From Betaproteobacteria bacterium (GTDB lineage: Bacteria > Pseudomonadota > Gammaproteobacteria > Burkholderiales > Casimicrobiaceae), in assembly GCA_005883655.1 (NCBI GenBank), contig VBDA01000152.1, forward strand, positions 1 to 30,526: 30,526 bases of DNA, written 5' to 3'. Made by a program: the position numbers and the translations under genes. The notes under the pieces are model-generated. The model saw only the letters and a list, made by a program, of their open reading frames with translations, did not search any database and had not been told where the DNA came from. Shown piece after piece: positions 10,401-20,675 of this stretch; position 1 is the first letter of the stretch, and every line of letters begins with the position of its first letter.

Positions 10401-13150
10401 AGATGCTGCTGCGCTTCGTCACACAGTATGCGGAAAAGTGCCGTCGATAAGGTGACGTCACCGACCGTAATCTCGTCCGGTTCCGCAGGTGCACGCACGG
10501 GTTCCACCGCAGAGCGCAGGGAGTGCACCGTGGCGATTGGCTTGAACTGGATGATCTCGGCACTATCGAACACAGGCATCGAATCGCCAGCGGGACGTTC
10601 GATATGAGGCAGCGCGGTATCGTCGAGCTCGATCACCTCGATCGCCGCCGATATCATGGGTGCGGATTGCGACAGGCGAGCAGGAGCAGGCGATGGTTGT
10701 TGCGCCCCAGGTAGTGCCGACATTTGAGGGTGGGGCAGCTCGGTCTCCGCTTTGGCCAGCGCCGCACGAAGTGGTGCGGGGTCGGGTTTAACGCGTCCGG
10801 TTTGTCGCAGCGTGTTCAACCACTCGCGAAAGCTCGTTTGCGCCACGTCGATCAACGCGAGCATCGCTGGCGTTGCCGGCCGATCATCTTCGAGCAGCAG
10901 GTTGTGTGCTTTTTCCACTTCGAACGCGAGATCACCAAGCTCGGTCAGGCCGACCATGCGTCCGCTGCCTTTCAAGGTGTGAAAGCCGCGCCGTATCGTC
11001 GTCAGCGCCTCGCGGTCGTCCGGACGCGCATGAAGCTCGACCGCGCTGGAGGCGATCGCGTCGAGCACCTCGTCGGCTTCGGTCAAATAAATGTCGAGCA
11101 GCTCGGCATCGAATTGCGAGGCGTCCGTTTCGAGCAAACGCATGGTTTCCTCGGACGGTGCCGGCGCCGGCTCGGCAGACCCAGTTGAAGAGATCGCCGC
11201 GACGGCTTCCCGCAGCGCCGCAGTGTCGCCCATGGGTGCATGCAAAAGTTCCGCCAGCGCCGCGTCGGCGCCTTCCTCGAGACGCACGTCGCCGAGCAGC
11301 TTAGCGTCATCCTTGAGCGTTGTCAGGTCGACCGCAAGACGCTCGCGCGCCGGTGCATCTCCCGGCGCACGCTGAAATGCGGCCAAAGTCGCGGGCAGCC
11401 CGACCTGCAAATCAGCCACTGCGCTCTCAAGCGTATCCTCCTCCGCTGCCGGAGCCGTGGGCGCGATCCCCAGACGCTGCGCCAGGAGAGGCTCGATCAG
11501 CCTGTCACGGTCGGGCCTTTGCTGCTCGACCGCCTCGATGTAGAAGCCAAGCCCGGAGAGCGACTCGGCGAGCAGCTCCAGGTCTTCGTTCTCGACCGGC
11601 GTATCCGGGTTGACGTATTCGTCGATCTGCTGCTGACAGAGCGCGAGCAACTGCTCGGCCCGTTCCAAGCCAAGCATCTTGAGCGCACCCGCGATCTGCT
11701 TGCTGTCGTGGGCGAGGGTTGCCAGCTCGGCACGCTTGGAGTGATCGCGGAAAAAAGCGTCGAGCACCTGCTCGAGATGACGCAGGTTGGCCTGGATTTC
11801 GCGCGCGACCTGCGCCAGGAGCAGCCGCTCCTGCGCGCGACGCGCCATTTCGTCGAGGAGTGGCGCCGACACGGCGCCGGTGATCGGCTTGTTTTGCTGG
11901 GCAGCGTCGAGCCGCGCAATCATCGCCTCGACCTGCTTCGGGAAATCGGGTGAATGCGATGCAAAATTCTCGATCGCCGACTCAGCGAGAAGGATCGCCG
12001 TGGCGTATTCCATTGCCATGGCCTCGGGAACCGCCGTGGTGCCCATCTTGTCGAGCCGGCTCGCGAGCGTGGACGCGAGACGCGACAACGATGGTTCGCC
12101 TATCGCGGCGGTCTTGTCCCGCAGCTGCGAAAGATTCTGTTTGAGCTTGGGCAGATTCTCGGGGCGCCCTCCGGTCAACTTCAGCCACAAGTCCTTGGTC
12201 GAGGAGAGCAGCTCACGCGCTTCGCGCAGCAGCGGCTGCACGCGCACCACGTCGGCGGACAGCACTTCGGCGCTCGGAATCAGGCCGGGCAATCGGTACG
12301 CGCGCTGCACTGCCTGGACCTGCGGCCCCACCGGAGCGCTGATCGCAACGTAATAAAGCACCTCTCGGCGCATGCGGTCGGCGACTTTGGCCGAACCCTC
12401 GACAAAGCGTCGGATCTGCAAGTCGACGCGGCCGCAAAGCTGCTTGACGCCAAAACCGCTTTCAACACCCTTTTCGACGATGCTCTCAAGCAGCGCTCCC
12501 ACCGTCCACCAGAACGAGCGCTGAGAGGAGTGGGTTTGAACGTCCTCTATGCCCTGGATTGCATCGCGCATCTCGCGGGCAGCCTCCTCGTCTCCATGCA
12601 GCCAGGCAAGCAGCCCGCGCTGGTAGAGCCTGCGTTGCTTGATCAGAAATGAAGGCAGTTTCTGCGAGGCGACGGTCTTCACCGACGCGATTTTCGGCGC
12701 CCGAGGCGAGAGGTCCGGATAGAAAAGGTCAGTCGGCGCCGACGCTTTTATGCCACGTGCCTGCTGCATCAGCTCGTACTCTGGAAACAGCTTGAGCGGC
12801 ACCGGATCCGCCCCGCCGACCAGCTCATCGAGAAAGATCTTGAGCTTGCGACACGCGCGGTCGATCAAATCGCAGGCCTCCTGCGCCTCCTGCGGCGCCA
12901 ATTCTTCGAGCCGGCTGAGCTGACGTTCGAGTTCGTCGGTGTAAGCGGTCACGGCGTCAAGGCCGACCATCTGGATCGCGCCAGCCGCTTGGTGAACGTG
13001 CGAGCGGGCGTGCTTGAGCGACGTGATTTCGTGCGGCGACGCCTTAAAGAGGGCGAGCGCATCCAGGCCGCGCGAAAGCGCCTGGCCAATCTCTCCCTGA
13101 ACCCAGGTCAGCGGTCCGAGATCAAAATCCGGTGCGGTGTCGGTAGTCAC
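7440..13150 (-). CDS. chpA: ChpA/PilL-type CheA-like hybrid kinase (multiple Hpt, HATPase, CheW, REC), split by a frameshift near 10163
   Basis: Hpt motifs HQAAGAIQMVG, HTLKGSGRMVG, HTLCG, HTFKGSARMAG; N box HLLRNALDHG; DDGAGLD; GRGVGMDVV; CheW domain; C-terminal REC (IVDDS, LLDIEMP, YLGKP). The frame changes between ...ARAIAGLTA and DQRAGFRPADEAE.... Confidence 0.93.
7818..7853 (-). repeat. Poly-alanine tract (12 GCN codons) in the ChpA CheW-REC linker
   Basis: gcg gcc gcc gct gcg gct gcg gct gca gcg gcc gcg, read on the minus strand. Confidence 0.85.
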
Positions 13151-13244
13151 GTTGCGTCATCATGCGGATTCTTGAATCAGGAGCGAACAAGGTCTCGCAT
13201 GCAAGAACCGCGCCGGCCGACGGGCACCGGCCGCAAGCGCCGCT

Positions 13245-15455
13245 TCATACCTTGAAGCCGGCGACCGAGCTGCGCAGCTCCGCGGCGAGCTTGGTCAGCT
13301 GTCCGATCGACACGTTGGTCTGCTTGGTGCCTTCGGTGGTTTCCTCGGTGATTTTCAGGATGCCTTGCATGCCCCGGGTAACGTCTGATACCGACGCCGA
13401 TTGCTTTTGCGTCTGCGCGGAAATGCCGCCGATCAGCTCCGCCAGGTCCCGCGAAACCTTGCGAATTTCGTCCAGCGCCTGCCCTGCAGCGTCAGAAAGC
13501 TTGGTTCCTTCGACCACCCCGACGGTGCTCTTTTCCATCGCCGCCACGGCGTCCTGGGTGTCGGCTTGAATCGTCTTCACGATCGCCTCGATCTGCTTGG
13601 TGGCTTCGCCGGAACGCTCGGCCAGGCGTTGGACTTCCTCCGCCACGACGGTGAATCCGCGGCCGGCCTCACCAGCGGAGGCCGCCTGGATTGCGGCGTT
13701 GAGCGCGAGCACATTGGTCTGCTCGGTAATGTCCGAGATCAGCTCCACGATCTCGCCGATTTCGAGCGACGATTCGCCCAGGCGCTTGATCCGTTTGGCG
13801 GTGTCCTGAATCTGCGTTCTGATTTCGTTCATGCCGGCGATCTGATTGTGCACCGCCTGCCCGCCTTTTTCAGCGGCGGCGAGCGACTGCTGTGCCACCC
13901 GCGCCGACTGGGCAGCGGTTTGTGAGACCTCGTTGATCGACTGCGCCATCTGCAGCACCGAAGCCGAGGCTTGCTGGATCTCCCGGTTCTGCCGCTGCGA
14001 CGCCTCATAGAGCCGGTTCGAGATCGCCTGCGCGTCGGTGGTTGCCTTCGCCACCTGGTCGGTCGCGGAGTTGATTCCGCGGACCAGCGTGCGCAGCTCT
14101 TCGATGGTGAAGTTGATCGAATCGGCGATCGCACCGGTGACGTCCTCGGTCACCGAAGCCTGGACGGTGAGGTCGCCGTCGGCGAGATTTCCCATCTCGT
14201 TCAACAGCCGCAGAATGGCTTCCTGGTTGCGCTTGTTCTCCTGCTCGCTCTCGTACGCGCGCACCCGCGCGTCGTCGAGGAAGACCTTGCCCAGCAAGAT
14301 GAGGATGAGCAGTGCGAAGAAGGCGAATGTCATCGCGGCCCAGAACGTAAAGTTGCGCGCCCCGGTCTGATTCTCAAATTCGCCAGTAAGCTTGTTTGTG
14401 TCGCCGAGCAATGGTTCCGACTCCTGATTGATCACTCGCGCCGCGCGCTTGGCAACGACCAGCCGCGACATGTTCTGCAGGATGGCGTTGACGCCGTCCT
14501 GATATGACGCAAACTTCTTTTGCAGCTCGGTCAGCGTCGCACGCGCGTCTTCCGCCCGCACGCCGGCGAGGCGCAAAGTATCGCTCCCTTTGAGCAAGCC
14601 ATTCAGGATGTCGCGGAAGGTCCCGGCGTCCTTACCGAGAAGGAACGCCACTTCGGGATCGATTTCATCGGAAGAAACGAGCGAGTTCGCGTTCTTTGCG
14701 ATGCGCTGAGAAAGCACCGCGAGCTGATTGGTGAAATCGACCTCGCGCAATGTGCCGCCGCCCGCTGCGACCTGGGCCGACGCCTGCTGCGCGAGCTCGA
14801 GCAACTCGTTGTTGCCCTTGTTGATGGTGTCGAGGCCCTTGGAAAGCGCCACCAGCGCGGGCTGGTTGTCGACCACATCGGTCGCATTTTTCTCGACCAT
14901 GACCCATCGCTTGGTAACGTTGTCCAACAACGGTCGCAACGACTCGTTGCTGGTCGCATCGATGTTTATGCCCTTGACGTTGCCGCCCTTGGTCAGCGCA
15001 TCGAGGTCGGCGCGAAAGCGGTCTCTGGAGTCCTTGACGCCCTCGAACGCAGGTCCGTTGCCCTGAACCGCGAGCGAGGTCCCCCGCGCGAGACGCTGCG
15101 AAAGCATTTGCATTTCGGTCGCGGTGGTTCCGCTGGCAGTCGCCTGGGTCGAGACCCGGGCATTCAGGAAAAGCATCACCAGCGCCAGCAGTATGAAAAC
15201 CACCAGCAAGACGCCCAGCACCTGAAATTGGCGAACGATCGGCAGGTGGCCAATGATCCACAAATGACCCGGCTGGCGCATCTCCGGGCTTGTGGCGCGC
15301 ATTTGCTCCATGATCGACACGGCCGCAAGCGGATCGTAGCCGGTCTGCCGCCTGGTCATCTTGACTTGCGTCGTCGGCTCGTCGAATTCAGCGTTATCCT
15401 CCTCCCGCCCCGCAGCCGGCCCCGGACTGAATAGAGTCTTTAAGCTAAGAGCCAT
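13245..15455 (-). CDS. pilJ: PilJ-type methyl-accepting chemotaxis protein
   Basis: Two TM segments ([21 protein letters not shown]; [19 protein letters not shown]), HAMP ([15 protein letters not shown]), signalling hairpin [41 protein letters not shown] 15455 preferred (GGGGAG upstream). Confidence 0.95.
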   Translation of the reverse strand: MALSLKTLFSPGPAAGREEDNAEFDEPTTQVKMTRRQTGYDPLAAVSIMEQMRATSPEMRQPGHLWIIGHLPIVRQFQVLGVLLVVFILLALVMLFLNARVSTQATASGTTATEMQMLSQRLARGTSLAVQGNGPAFEGVKDSRDRFRADLDALTKGGNVKGINIDATSNESLRPLLDNVTKRWVMVEKNATDVVDNQPALVALSKGLDTINKGNNELLELAQQASAQVAAGGGTLREVDFTNQLAVLSQRIAKNANSLVSSDEIDPEVAFLLGKDAGTFRDILNGLLKGSDTLRLAGVRAEDARATLTELQKKFASYQDGVNAILQNMSRLVVAKRAARVINQESEPLLGDTNKLTGEFENQTGARNFTFWAAMTFAFFALLILILLGKVFLDDARVRAYESEQENKRNQEAILRLLNEMGNLADGDLTVQASVTEDVTGAIADSINFTIEELRTLVRGINSATDQVAKATTDAQAISNRLYEASQRQNREIQQASASVLQMAQSINEVSQTAAQSARVAQQSLAAAEKGGQAVHNQIAGMNEIRTQIQDTAKRIKRLGESSLEIGEIVELISDITEQTNVLALNAAIQAASAGEAGRGFTVVAEEVQRLAERSGEATKQIEAIVKTIQADTQDAVAAMEKSTVGVVEGTKLSDAAGQALDEIRKVSRDLAELIGGISAQTQKQSASVSDVTRGMQGILKITEETTEGTKQTNVSIGQLTKLAAELRSSVAGFKV

Positions 15456-15512
15456 GTTTCGTCTCCCCAACAGGGTCGTACGCGTGCGACGTTCGAATAG
15501 TCAATTGGGCCT

Positions 15513-16043
15513 CTACACGCCAACTTGAAGAAAACCCGGATCCCGTGCCAGCAGTGCGAGATCGATTTCCTGCCACATTCCGCCCTCGCGATCGGTCCAG
15601 CGCGCGCCGTACCATGCAGGCGCGTGCGACGCTGAATCGCCTCGGACGAGCTCGACAAGGTTGCGCAGGCCCAACACCCGCTCAACGACCAAGCCCGCGC
15701 GCAACTCGCCGACGCGCGGGCCGAACAACACCAGTCGCGCGGGTGCGGTTCCGTGCGCAGAGGGCTGGACCTCGTGACCCAGAAAGCCGCCGAAATCGAT
15801 GATGCTGTACAGGTTGCCGCGAATATTTGCGATGCCCAGATACCACGACCTGGTCAGGGGCACCGTCGCAACCGTTGGAACGGCGATCACCTCGCCGGCG
15901 TCCGCGAGCCGGATCAGCCACTGGTTTCCGGCACATGCGAGTCCGAGGCGCGACTGTTCGACCTGGGCGGTAGTCTTCGCCGCCAGGCGTGTCGCAAGCT
16001 CCTGCTGGAACGCGCGAAGATTGAGCTTGCCGGCACGGGCCAT
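15513..16043 (-). CDS. pilI: PilI-type CheW adaptor
   Basis: VPLTRSWYLGIANIRGNLYSIIDF is the CheW signature; position between pilH and pilJ. Confidence 0.92.
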   Translation of the reverse strand: MARAGKLNLRAFQQELATRLAAKTTAQVEQSRLGLACAGNQWLIRLADAGEVIAVPTVATVPLTRSWYLGIANIRGNLYSIIDFGGFLGHEVQPSAHGTAPARLVLFGPRVGELRAGLVVERVLGLRNLVELVRGDSASHAPAWYGARWTDREGGMWQEIDLALLARDPGFLQVGV

Positions 16044-16052
16044 CAGAAGCAG

Positions 16053-16416
16053 CTAGCCGAGCGCCGTGATCTTCGCGAGCAGCTCGTCGCGGTCGACCGG
16101 CTTGACGATGTAGTCGCGGGCGCCCTGCCGCATACCCCAGATCTTGTCGGTTTCCTGGCTCTTGGACGTGCAAAGAATAATCGGGACGGTCCGCGTGACG
16201 GGATCGCGGCTGATTGCCCGGGTCGCTTGGAAACCATTGAGACCCGGCATCACCACATCCAATCAGATCCGGCTTGACCGTCTTGGCCTTGAGAATGGCG
16301 TCCTCTCCGTTGTCGCTGGCGACAACCTCGTATCCCGCCTTGGTAAGCATGTCGTTCAGGACGTGACGCTCCGTCGGAGAGTCATCGACGATCAGAACCC
16401 GCTTGATTGCCATCAT
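16053..16416 (-). pseudogene. pilH: PilH response regulator with a frameshift at 16260/16261
   Basis: The N part MAIKRVLIVDDSPTERHVL...KPDLI and the C part DVVMPGLNGFQATRAI...KSQETDKIWGMRQGARDYIVKP are in different frames. Restoring 5 nt gives the canonical PDLI(L)MDVVMP. Confidence 0.92.
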
Positions 16417-16459
16417 TTCCCACCCTTTGCTACGCCCCCGGGCGTCGTCCGGCGCCCCG

Positions 16460-16909
16460 TCAATGCGAGGCTACCTTCACATGCGTGCCTACGGCCTTGA
16501 GCAAACTCTCTTTTGTAAACGGCTTGGTTAAATATTGATCCGACCCCACCATACGGCCTCGCGCGCGATCAAACAAACCGTCCTTCGAGGAAAGCATGAC
16601 CACCGGCGTCTGATGAAAGCGCGTGTTTTTCTTGATCAGGGCGCATGTCTGGTAGCCATCGAGCCGAGGCATCATGATGTCGACAAATATCATGTCGGGC
16701 TGATGGTCGGTGATCTTGCACAAGGCGTCGAAGCCGTCTTCGGCCAGAATGACCGTGCAGCCTGCCTGGAGCAGAAAAATCTCGGCACTTCGACGAATCG
16801 TGTTGCTATCGTCGATCACCATGACTTTTACTCCCGACAGTGCGGCTGGTTCCATTTCAATATTCCCCGCGTTTTCCGGTAAAGCAGCGTGTACCGCTGA
16901 CGTTTCCAT
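16460..16909 (-). CDS. pilG: PilG response regulator
   Basis: KVMVIDDSNTIRRSAEIFL, FVDIMMPRLDGYQTCALIK, LSSKDGLFDRARGRMVG are characteristic of PilG. ATG 16909 has a GGGGTAGGA RBS. Confidence 0.95.
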   Translation of the reverse strand: METSAVHAALPENAGNIEMEPAALSGVKVMVIDDSNTIRRSAEIFLLQAGCTVILAEDGFDALCKITDHQPDMIFVDIMMPRLDGYQTCALIKKNTRFHQTPVVMLSSKDGLFDRARGRMVGSDQYLTKPFTKESLLKAVGTHVKVASH

Positions 16910-16953
16910 TCCTACCCCGCCAAAGTTTGCCACGGATATGGTGAAATGCCTAG

Positions 16954-16970
16954 AGCATAATCCTTGCCAG
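16954..16970 (-). promoter_or_regulatory. Sigma54 (-24/-12) promoter upstream of pilG
   Basis: Minus strand CTGGCAAGGATTATGCT: exact GG-N10-GC spacing, close to the TGGCAC-N5-TTGCW consensus, 44 nt before the pilG ATG. Confidence 0.65.
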
Positions 16971-17052
16971 AACCGCGAAACTCCTGCCGGTTGAGGGATT
17001 TGCAACAAGACTTTCGCGGATTAGAGGGACTATCTGCCGCAATTGGGCACCT

Positions 17053-18567
17053 TCAGCGCCCAAGAAACATGCGATAGGCCGGATTTGCCGTCTCTTCGAC
17101 GCTTGGGTACCCCAGACGACCCAGAAATTCATGGAATGCCCCCTTTTCCGACGGTGGAACCTGCATTCCGACCAAAACTCGCCCATAATCGGCGCCGTGG
17201 TTGCGGTAATGGAACAAACTGATGTTCCACCCGCGACTCATGCTGTTCAAAAACTGCATAAGCGCCCCGGGACGTTCCGGAAACTCGAAGCGGTACAGGA
17301 TTTCGTTTTCCGCGGCCGGCGCGTGTCCGCCGACGAGATGCCTGACGTGAACCTTGGCCATCTCGTTGTTCGACAGGTCGTAGGCCTCGATCCGGCGCTT
17401 GTGCATCGCGCGAAGCAGTTCCGCGGTTTCGTGCCGGTCGCTCACCTCGATACCCACGAACAGGTGTGCGATCTTGGAGTCGGCATATCGATAGTTGAAC
17501 TCGGTGACATTGCGCTTGCCGAGCAGCGCGCAGAATTGCCGGAAGCTGCCCGGCCGCTCAGGGATGGTCACCGCGAGAATCGCCTCGCGCTCCTCCCCCA
17601 GCTCGGCTTGCTCGGCGACGAATCGTAAGCGGTCGAAATTCATGTTCGCACCACAAGCGATCGCAACCAGCGTTCGGTCGCGAAAGCGGTGGCGCTCGCA
17701 CCAGAGCTTCAGACCGGCGACCGACAGCGCTCCCGCAGGCTCGAGAATCGATCTCGTGTCCTCGAATACGTCCTTGAGCGCCGCGCAAATGGCGTCGGTA
17801 TCGACCAGCACGATGTCATCGACCAGTTTGCGGCAAATGCGGAATGTCTCCCTGCCTACCTCTCTGACCGCCACGCTGTCGGCAAACAGTCCGACATGGG
17901 CGAGCTTGATGCGGCGTCCCGCGGCGATGGAGCGCGCCATCGCGTCCGCGTCCGTGGGCTGGACGCCGATGATCTTGATTTCAGGGCGCACCCGTTTCAC
18001 GTACGAGGCGACGCCGGAGATCAGGCCGCCGCCGCCGATGGCGACAAAAATGGCATCGATGGGCGCCTGCCATTGGCGCAGGATTTCGACTGCGATCGTG
18101 CCCTGACCGGCTATTACATCGGGGTCGTCGTAAGGATGAACAAATGTCGCTCGCTGCGATTTCTGGAGCTTGAGCGCATGGGCATACGCGTCGCTGAACG
18201 TATCGCCGTGCAGCACGACCTTCGCTCCGCGCGCTTCGACTGCCTGGATCTTGATCGAGGGGGTCGTGATCGGCATCACGATCGTCGCCTTGCAGGAGAG
18301 CTTCTGCGCCGCAAGCGCCACGCCTTGCGCGTGATTCCCCGCTGACGCGGTGATGACACCGCGCGCACGCTCGGCGGCCGAAAGCTGGGCCATCTTGTTA
18401 TACGCGCCACGCAGCTTGAATGAAAAAACGGGCTGCTGGTCCTCGCGCTTGAGCAGGACTCGATTGCCGATGCGGCGCGACAGCGTCGGCGCGAGGTCGA
18501 GGGCTGACTCGATGGCGACGTCGTAGACCTTCGCGGTCAGGATCTTCTGCAGATAATCAATAGCCAT
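17053..18567 (-). CDS. ilvA: Biosynthetic threonine ammonia-lyase (threonine dehydratase) with two ACT-like regulatory domains
   Basis: LKREDQQPVFSFKLRGAYN (PLP lysine), ASAGNHAQGVA, IGGGGL, CGANMNFDRL, FEFPERPGAL, ISLFHYRNHG. Start ATG 18567 or GTG 18579. Confidence 0.97.
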   Translation of the reverse strand: MAIDYLQKILTAKVYDVAIESALDLAPTLSRRIGNRVLLKREDQQPVFSFKLRGAYNKMAQLSAAERARGVITASAGNHAQGVALAAQKLSCKATIVMPITTPSIKIQAVEARGAKVVLHGDTFSDAYAHALKLQKSQRATFVHPYDDPDVIAGQGTIAVEILRQWQAPIDAIFVAIGGGGLISGVASYVKRVRPEIKIIGVQPTDADAMARSIAAGRRIKLAHVGLFADSVAVREVGRETFRICRKLVDDIVLVDTDAICAALKDVFEDTRSILEPAGALSVAGLKLWCERHRFRDRTLVAIACGANMNFDRLRFVAEQAELGEEREAILAVTIPERPGSFRQFCALLGKRNVTEFNYRYADSKIAHLFVGIEVSDRHETAELLRAMHKRRIEAYDLSNNEMAKVHVRHLVGGHAPAAENEILYRFEFPERPGALMQFLNSMSRGWNISLFHYRNHGADYGRVLVGMQVPPSEKGAFHEFLGRLGYPSVEETANPAYRMFLGR

Positions 18568-18599
18568 CGCGCTGCTCACGCCAGATCAATCAAGCGCCG

Positions 18600-18667
18600 A
18601 GCGTAGCAGAAAGGTGCGGCCTGCCAAAGCCAGCAACGCCGCAGGCGCTGGGGCTTTCTGCTAGTGT
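18600..18667. promoter_or_regulatory. Divergent ilvA/ppx promoter region with a perfect 10-bp inverted repeat
   Basis: TAGCAGAAAG (18604-18613) and CTTTCTGCTA (18654-18663). Minus strand: TTGGCA-N16-TACGCT preceded by TG. Plus strand: TG-C-TAGTGT. Confidence 0.5.
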
Positions 18668-18672
18668 ATTAA

Positions 18673-20181
18673 ATGATGGCAACCTCCTCTTCCGGCCATT
18701 CGAACCGCGAGAGCCGCGTGACCGCCGCGACGCTTGCCGTCGTCGATCTCGGATCGAACAGCTTTCGGCTCGAGATCGGCCGCGTTGAAGGCGGCCAGAT
18801 CTACCGGCAGGACACGTGGCGCGAGACGCTGCGCTTCGGCGCCGGCCTCGACAGCGATGGACGAATCAAGCCTGCCGCGATGAAAGCCGCAATCGAATGC
18901 CTGAAGCGCTTCCGCGAGCGCCTTTCCGGCGTGCATCCATCCGCCGTTCGCGCCGTCGCGACCAACACTTTTCGAGTGGCGAAAAACGCAAGCGAGTTTC
19001 TGCCGCAGGCGGAGCGCGCGCTGGGCTGTCCGATCGACGTCATCGGCGGGCACGAGGAAGCGCGTCTGATCTACCTGGGGGTCGCACATGTGTTGCCGCC
19101 GTCAGCCGCGCCGCGTTTGGTCATCGACATCGGCGGTGGTTCGACGGAGCTCATCATCGGTCGCGGGCTCGAGCCCGAGCGCCTCGAATCGTTGAAAATC
19201 GGATGCGTGGGCATGACGCAGCGCTTTTTCGACAGCGGGAAAGTCACCGCCGAGGCGTTCGAAGCGGCGGAGATGGCGGCACGGGTCGAGGTCGAAGCGA
19301 TCGCGAGTGAATTCGGCCCGAGCCATTGGCGCGATGCCTTTGCTTCCTCAGGCACCGCGGCGGCGCTCGCGGAAATCCTTGAGCAGAACGCGTTTTCACT
19401 GCGCGGAATAACGGCGGGCGGCCTTGCCCGCTTGAAGAAACGCATGATTCAGGCAGGCAACGTTCATCGTTTGCACATCAGCGCGCTCAAGCCAGAGCGC
19501 GCGCCGGTTCTGGCCGGCGGGCTGGCGATCATGACCGTGGCAGTCGCCGAGCTTAGGATACCGCGGATCGACCCGGTCGGCGGCGCACTGCGGCTCGGCG
19601 TTCTCTACGATTTATTGGGGCGTACGATCGACGAGGACGTCCGGCAAAAGACGGTCGAACGCTTCGTCGACCGCTACCGTATCGAACGGGCGCATGCGGC
19701 GCGCGTTGCGGCGCAGGCCGTGGCGCTTTACCAGCGCATCGCGCCCGATCGGGATCCCGCACCCACGCAGTTGCTGGCATGGGCGGCGCTGCTGCACGAA
19801 ATCGGCATGTCCGTAGCGCATTTGGGCTTTCACAAACATGGCGCGTACATTCTGCAGCACGCCGACATGCCCGGCTTTTCGGCAGGCGAACAATCGCGGC
19901 TGGCCGTTCTGGTGTACGGCTGCCGTGGCGGCCTTGTGAAAGTAAGCGCTGCGCTGGGCGACCCGCAGCTGCGCGCGCAGTTGCTCTCGCTAAGGCTCGC
20001 GGTTCTCTTTCATCATGCGCGCACGGTCATTGCGCTGCCGCGCGTACTGGTTACCGGCGGCGGGCGCATCGGCGTCGGCATATCCGCGCGTTGGCTCGCG
20101 AAACATCCGCTGACGGCGCACCTGCTGGCGAAGGAGCGCCGTCAATGGAAGGAATTGGGCCATCCTTGGAAGAATGTCTGA
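18673..20181 (+). CDS. ppx: Ppx/GppA exopolyphosphatase with C-terminal HD-like domain
   Basis: VDLGSNSFRL, AVATNTFR, EEARLIYLG, DIGGGSTE, ALLHEIG. Confidence 0.95.
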   Translation: MMATSSSGHSNRESRVTAATLAVVDLGSNSFRLEIGRVEGGQIYRQDTWRETLRFGAGLDSDGRIKPAAMKAAIECLKRFRERLSGVHPSAVRAVATNTFRVAKNASEFLPQAERALGCPIDVIGGHEEARLIYLGVAHVLPPSAAPRLVIDIGGGSTELIIGRGLEPERLESLKIGCVGMTQRFFDSGKVTAEAFEAAEMAARVEVEAIASEFGPSHWRDAFASSGTAAALAEILEQNAFSLRGITAGGLARLKKRMIQAGNVHRLHISALKPERAPVLAGGLAIMTVAVAELRIPRIDPVGGALRLGVLYDLLGRTIDEDVRQKTVERFVDRYRIERAHAARVAAQAVALYQRIAPDRDPAPTQLLAWAALLHEIGMSVAHLGFHKHGAYILQHADMPGFSAGEQSRLAVLVYGCRGGLVKVSAALGDPQLRAQLLSLRLAVLFHHARTVIALPRVLVTGGGRIGVGISARWLAKHPLTAHLLAKERRQWKELGHPWKNV

Positions 20182-20203
20182 CCTCTGCTGCGCGCCGTCC
20201 GCT

Positions 20204-20656
20204 TCAAACAAAATCCGGACCGATAACAACGCGTACCACTACCGCAGTGGAGTTTTCACGTACGCGGTTGGAAAGCCACCACACCGCGCCCTTGCGCACG
20301 CTCCAGGCAGCGTCCTGCTCGGAAAGCAGAAAAGCCGCAACTTCACCGAGCGTGGGCTGATGCCCGACGATGAGCACGGGTTCTCGCGCGTCGGGCCAGC
20401 CGGCTGTTGCCAGAACCTCGCTAACCGAAGCGCCGGGCGCGAGCTCGGGCACGGTCCGGAATTTGCGCTTCAGCGCGAGAGCGGTTTGTTGAGCGCGATC
20501 GGCCGGGCTCACCAATATTTTGCAGGTGTCAGGAAGATGATTGTCCAGCCAGATCGCCATTCTTTCGGCCTGCTTGATGCCTTTGGCGGTGAGCCGGCGG
20601 CCAAGATCCGGCTCGCCCGGCTCCGCTTCGGCATGGCGCCACAGGATCAGATCCAT
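20204..20656 (-). CDS. sixA: SixA-family phosphohistidine phosphatase
   Basis: MDLILWRHAEAE, RRLTAKG, VSPADRAQQTA, LIVGHQPTLG. The true start is ATG 20656; the ORF-track extension overlaps ppk1. Confidence 0.9.
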   Translation of the reverse strand: MDLILWRHAEAEPGEPDLGRRLTAKGIKQAERMAIWLDNHLPDTCKILVSPADRAQQTALALKRKFRTVPELAPGASVSEVLATAGWPDAREPVLIVGHQPTLGEVAAFLLSEQDAAWSVRKGAVWWLSNRVRENSTAVVVRVVIGPDFV

Positions 20657-20675
20657 GGAGAGTGCCGAGAGCTCA

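Noticed and set aside
15682-16416. 244-aa ORF starting like PilH
   Set aside because: It is the PilH N-terminus running out of frame after the 16260 lesion; not a real fusion protein.
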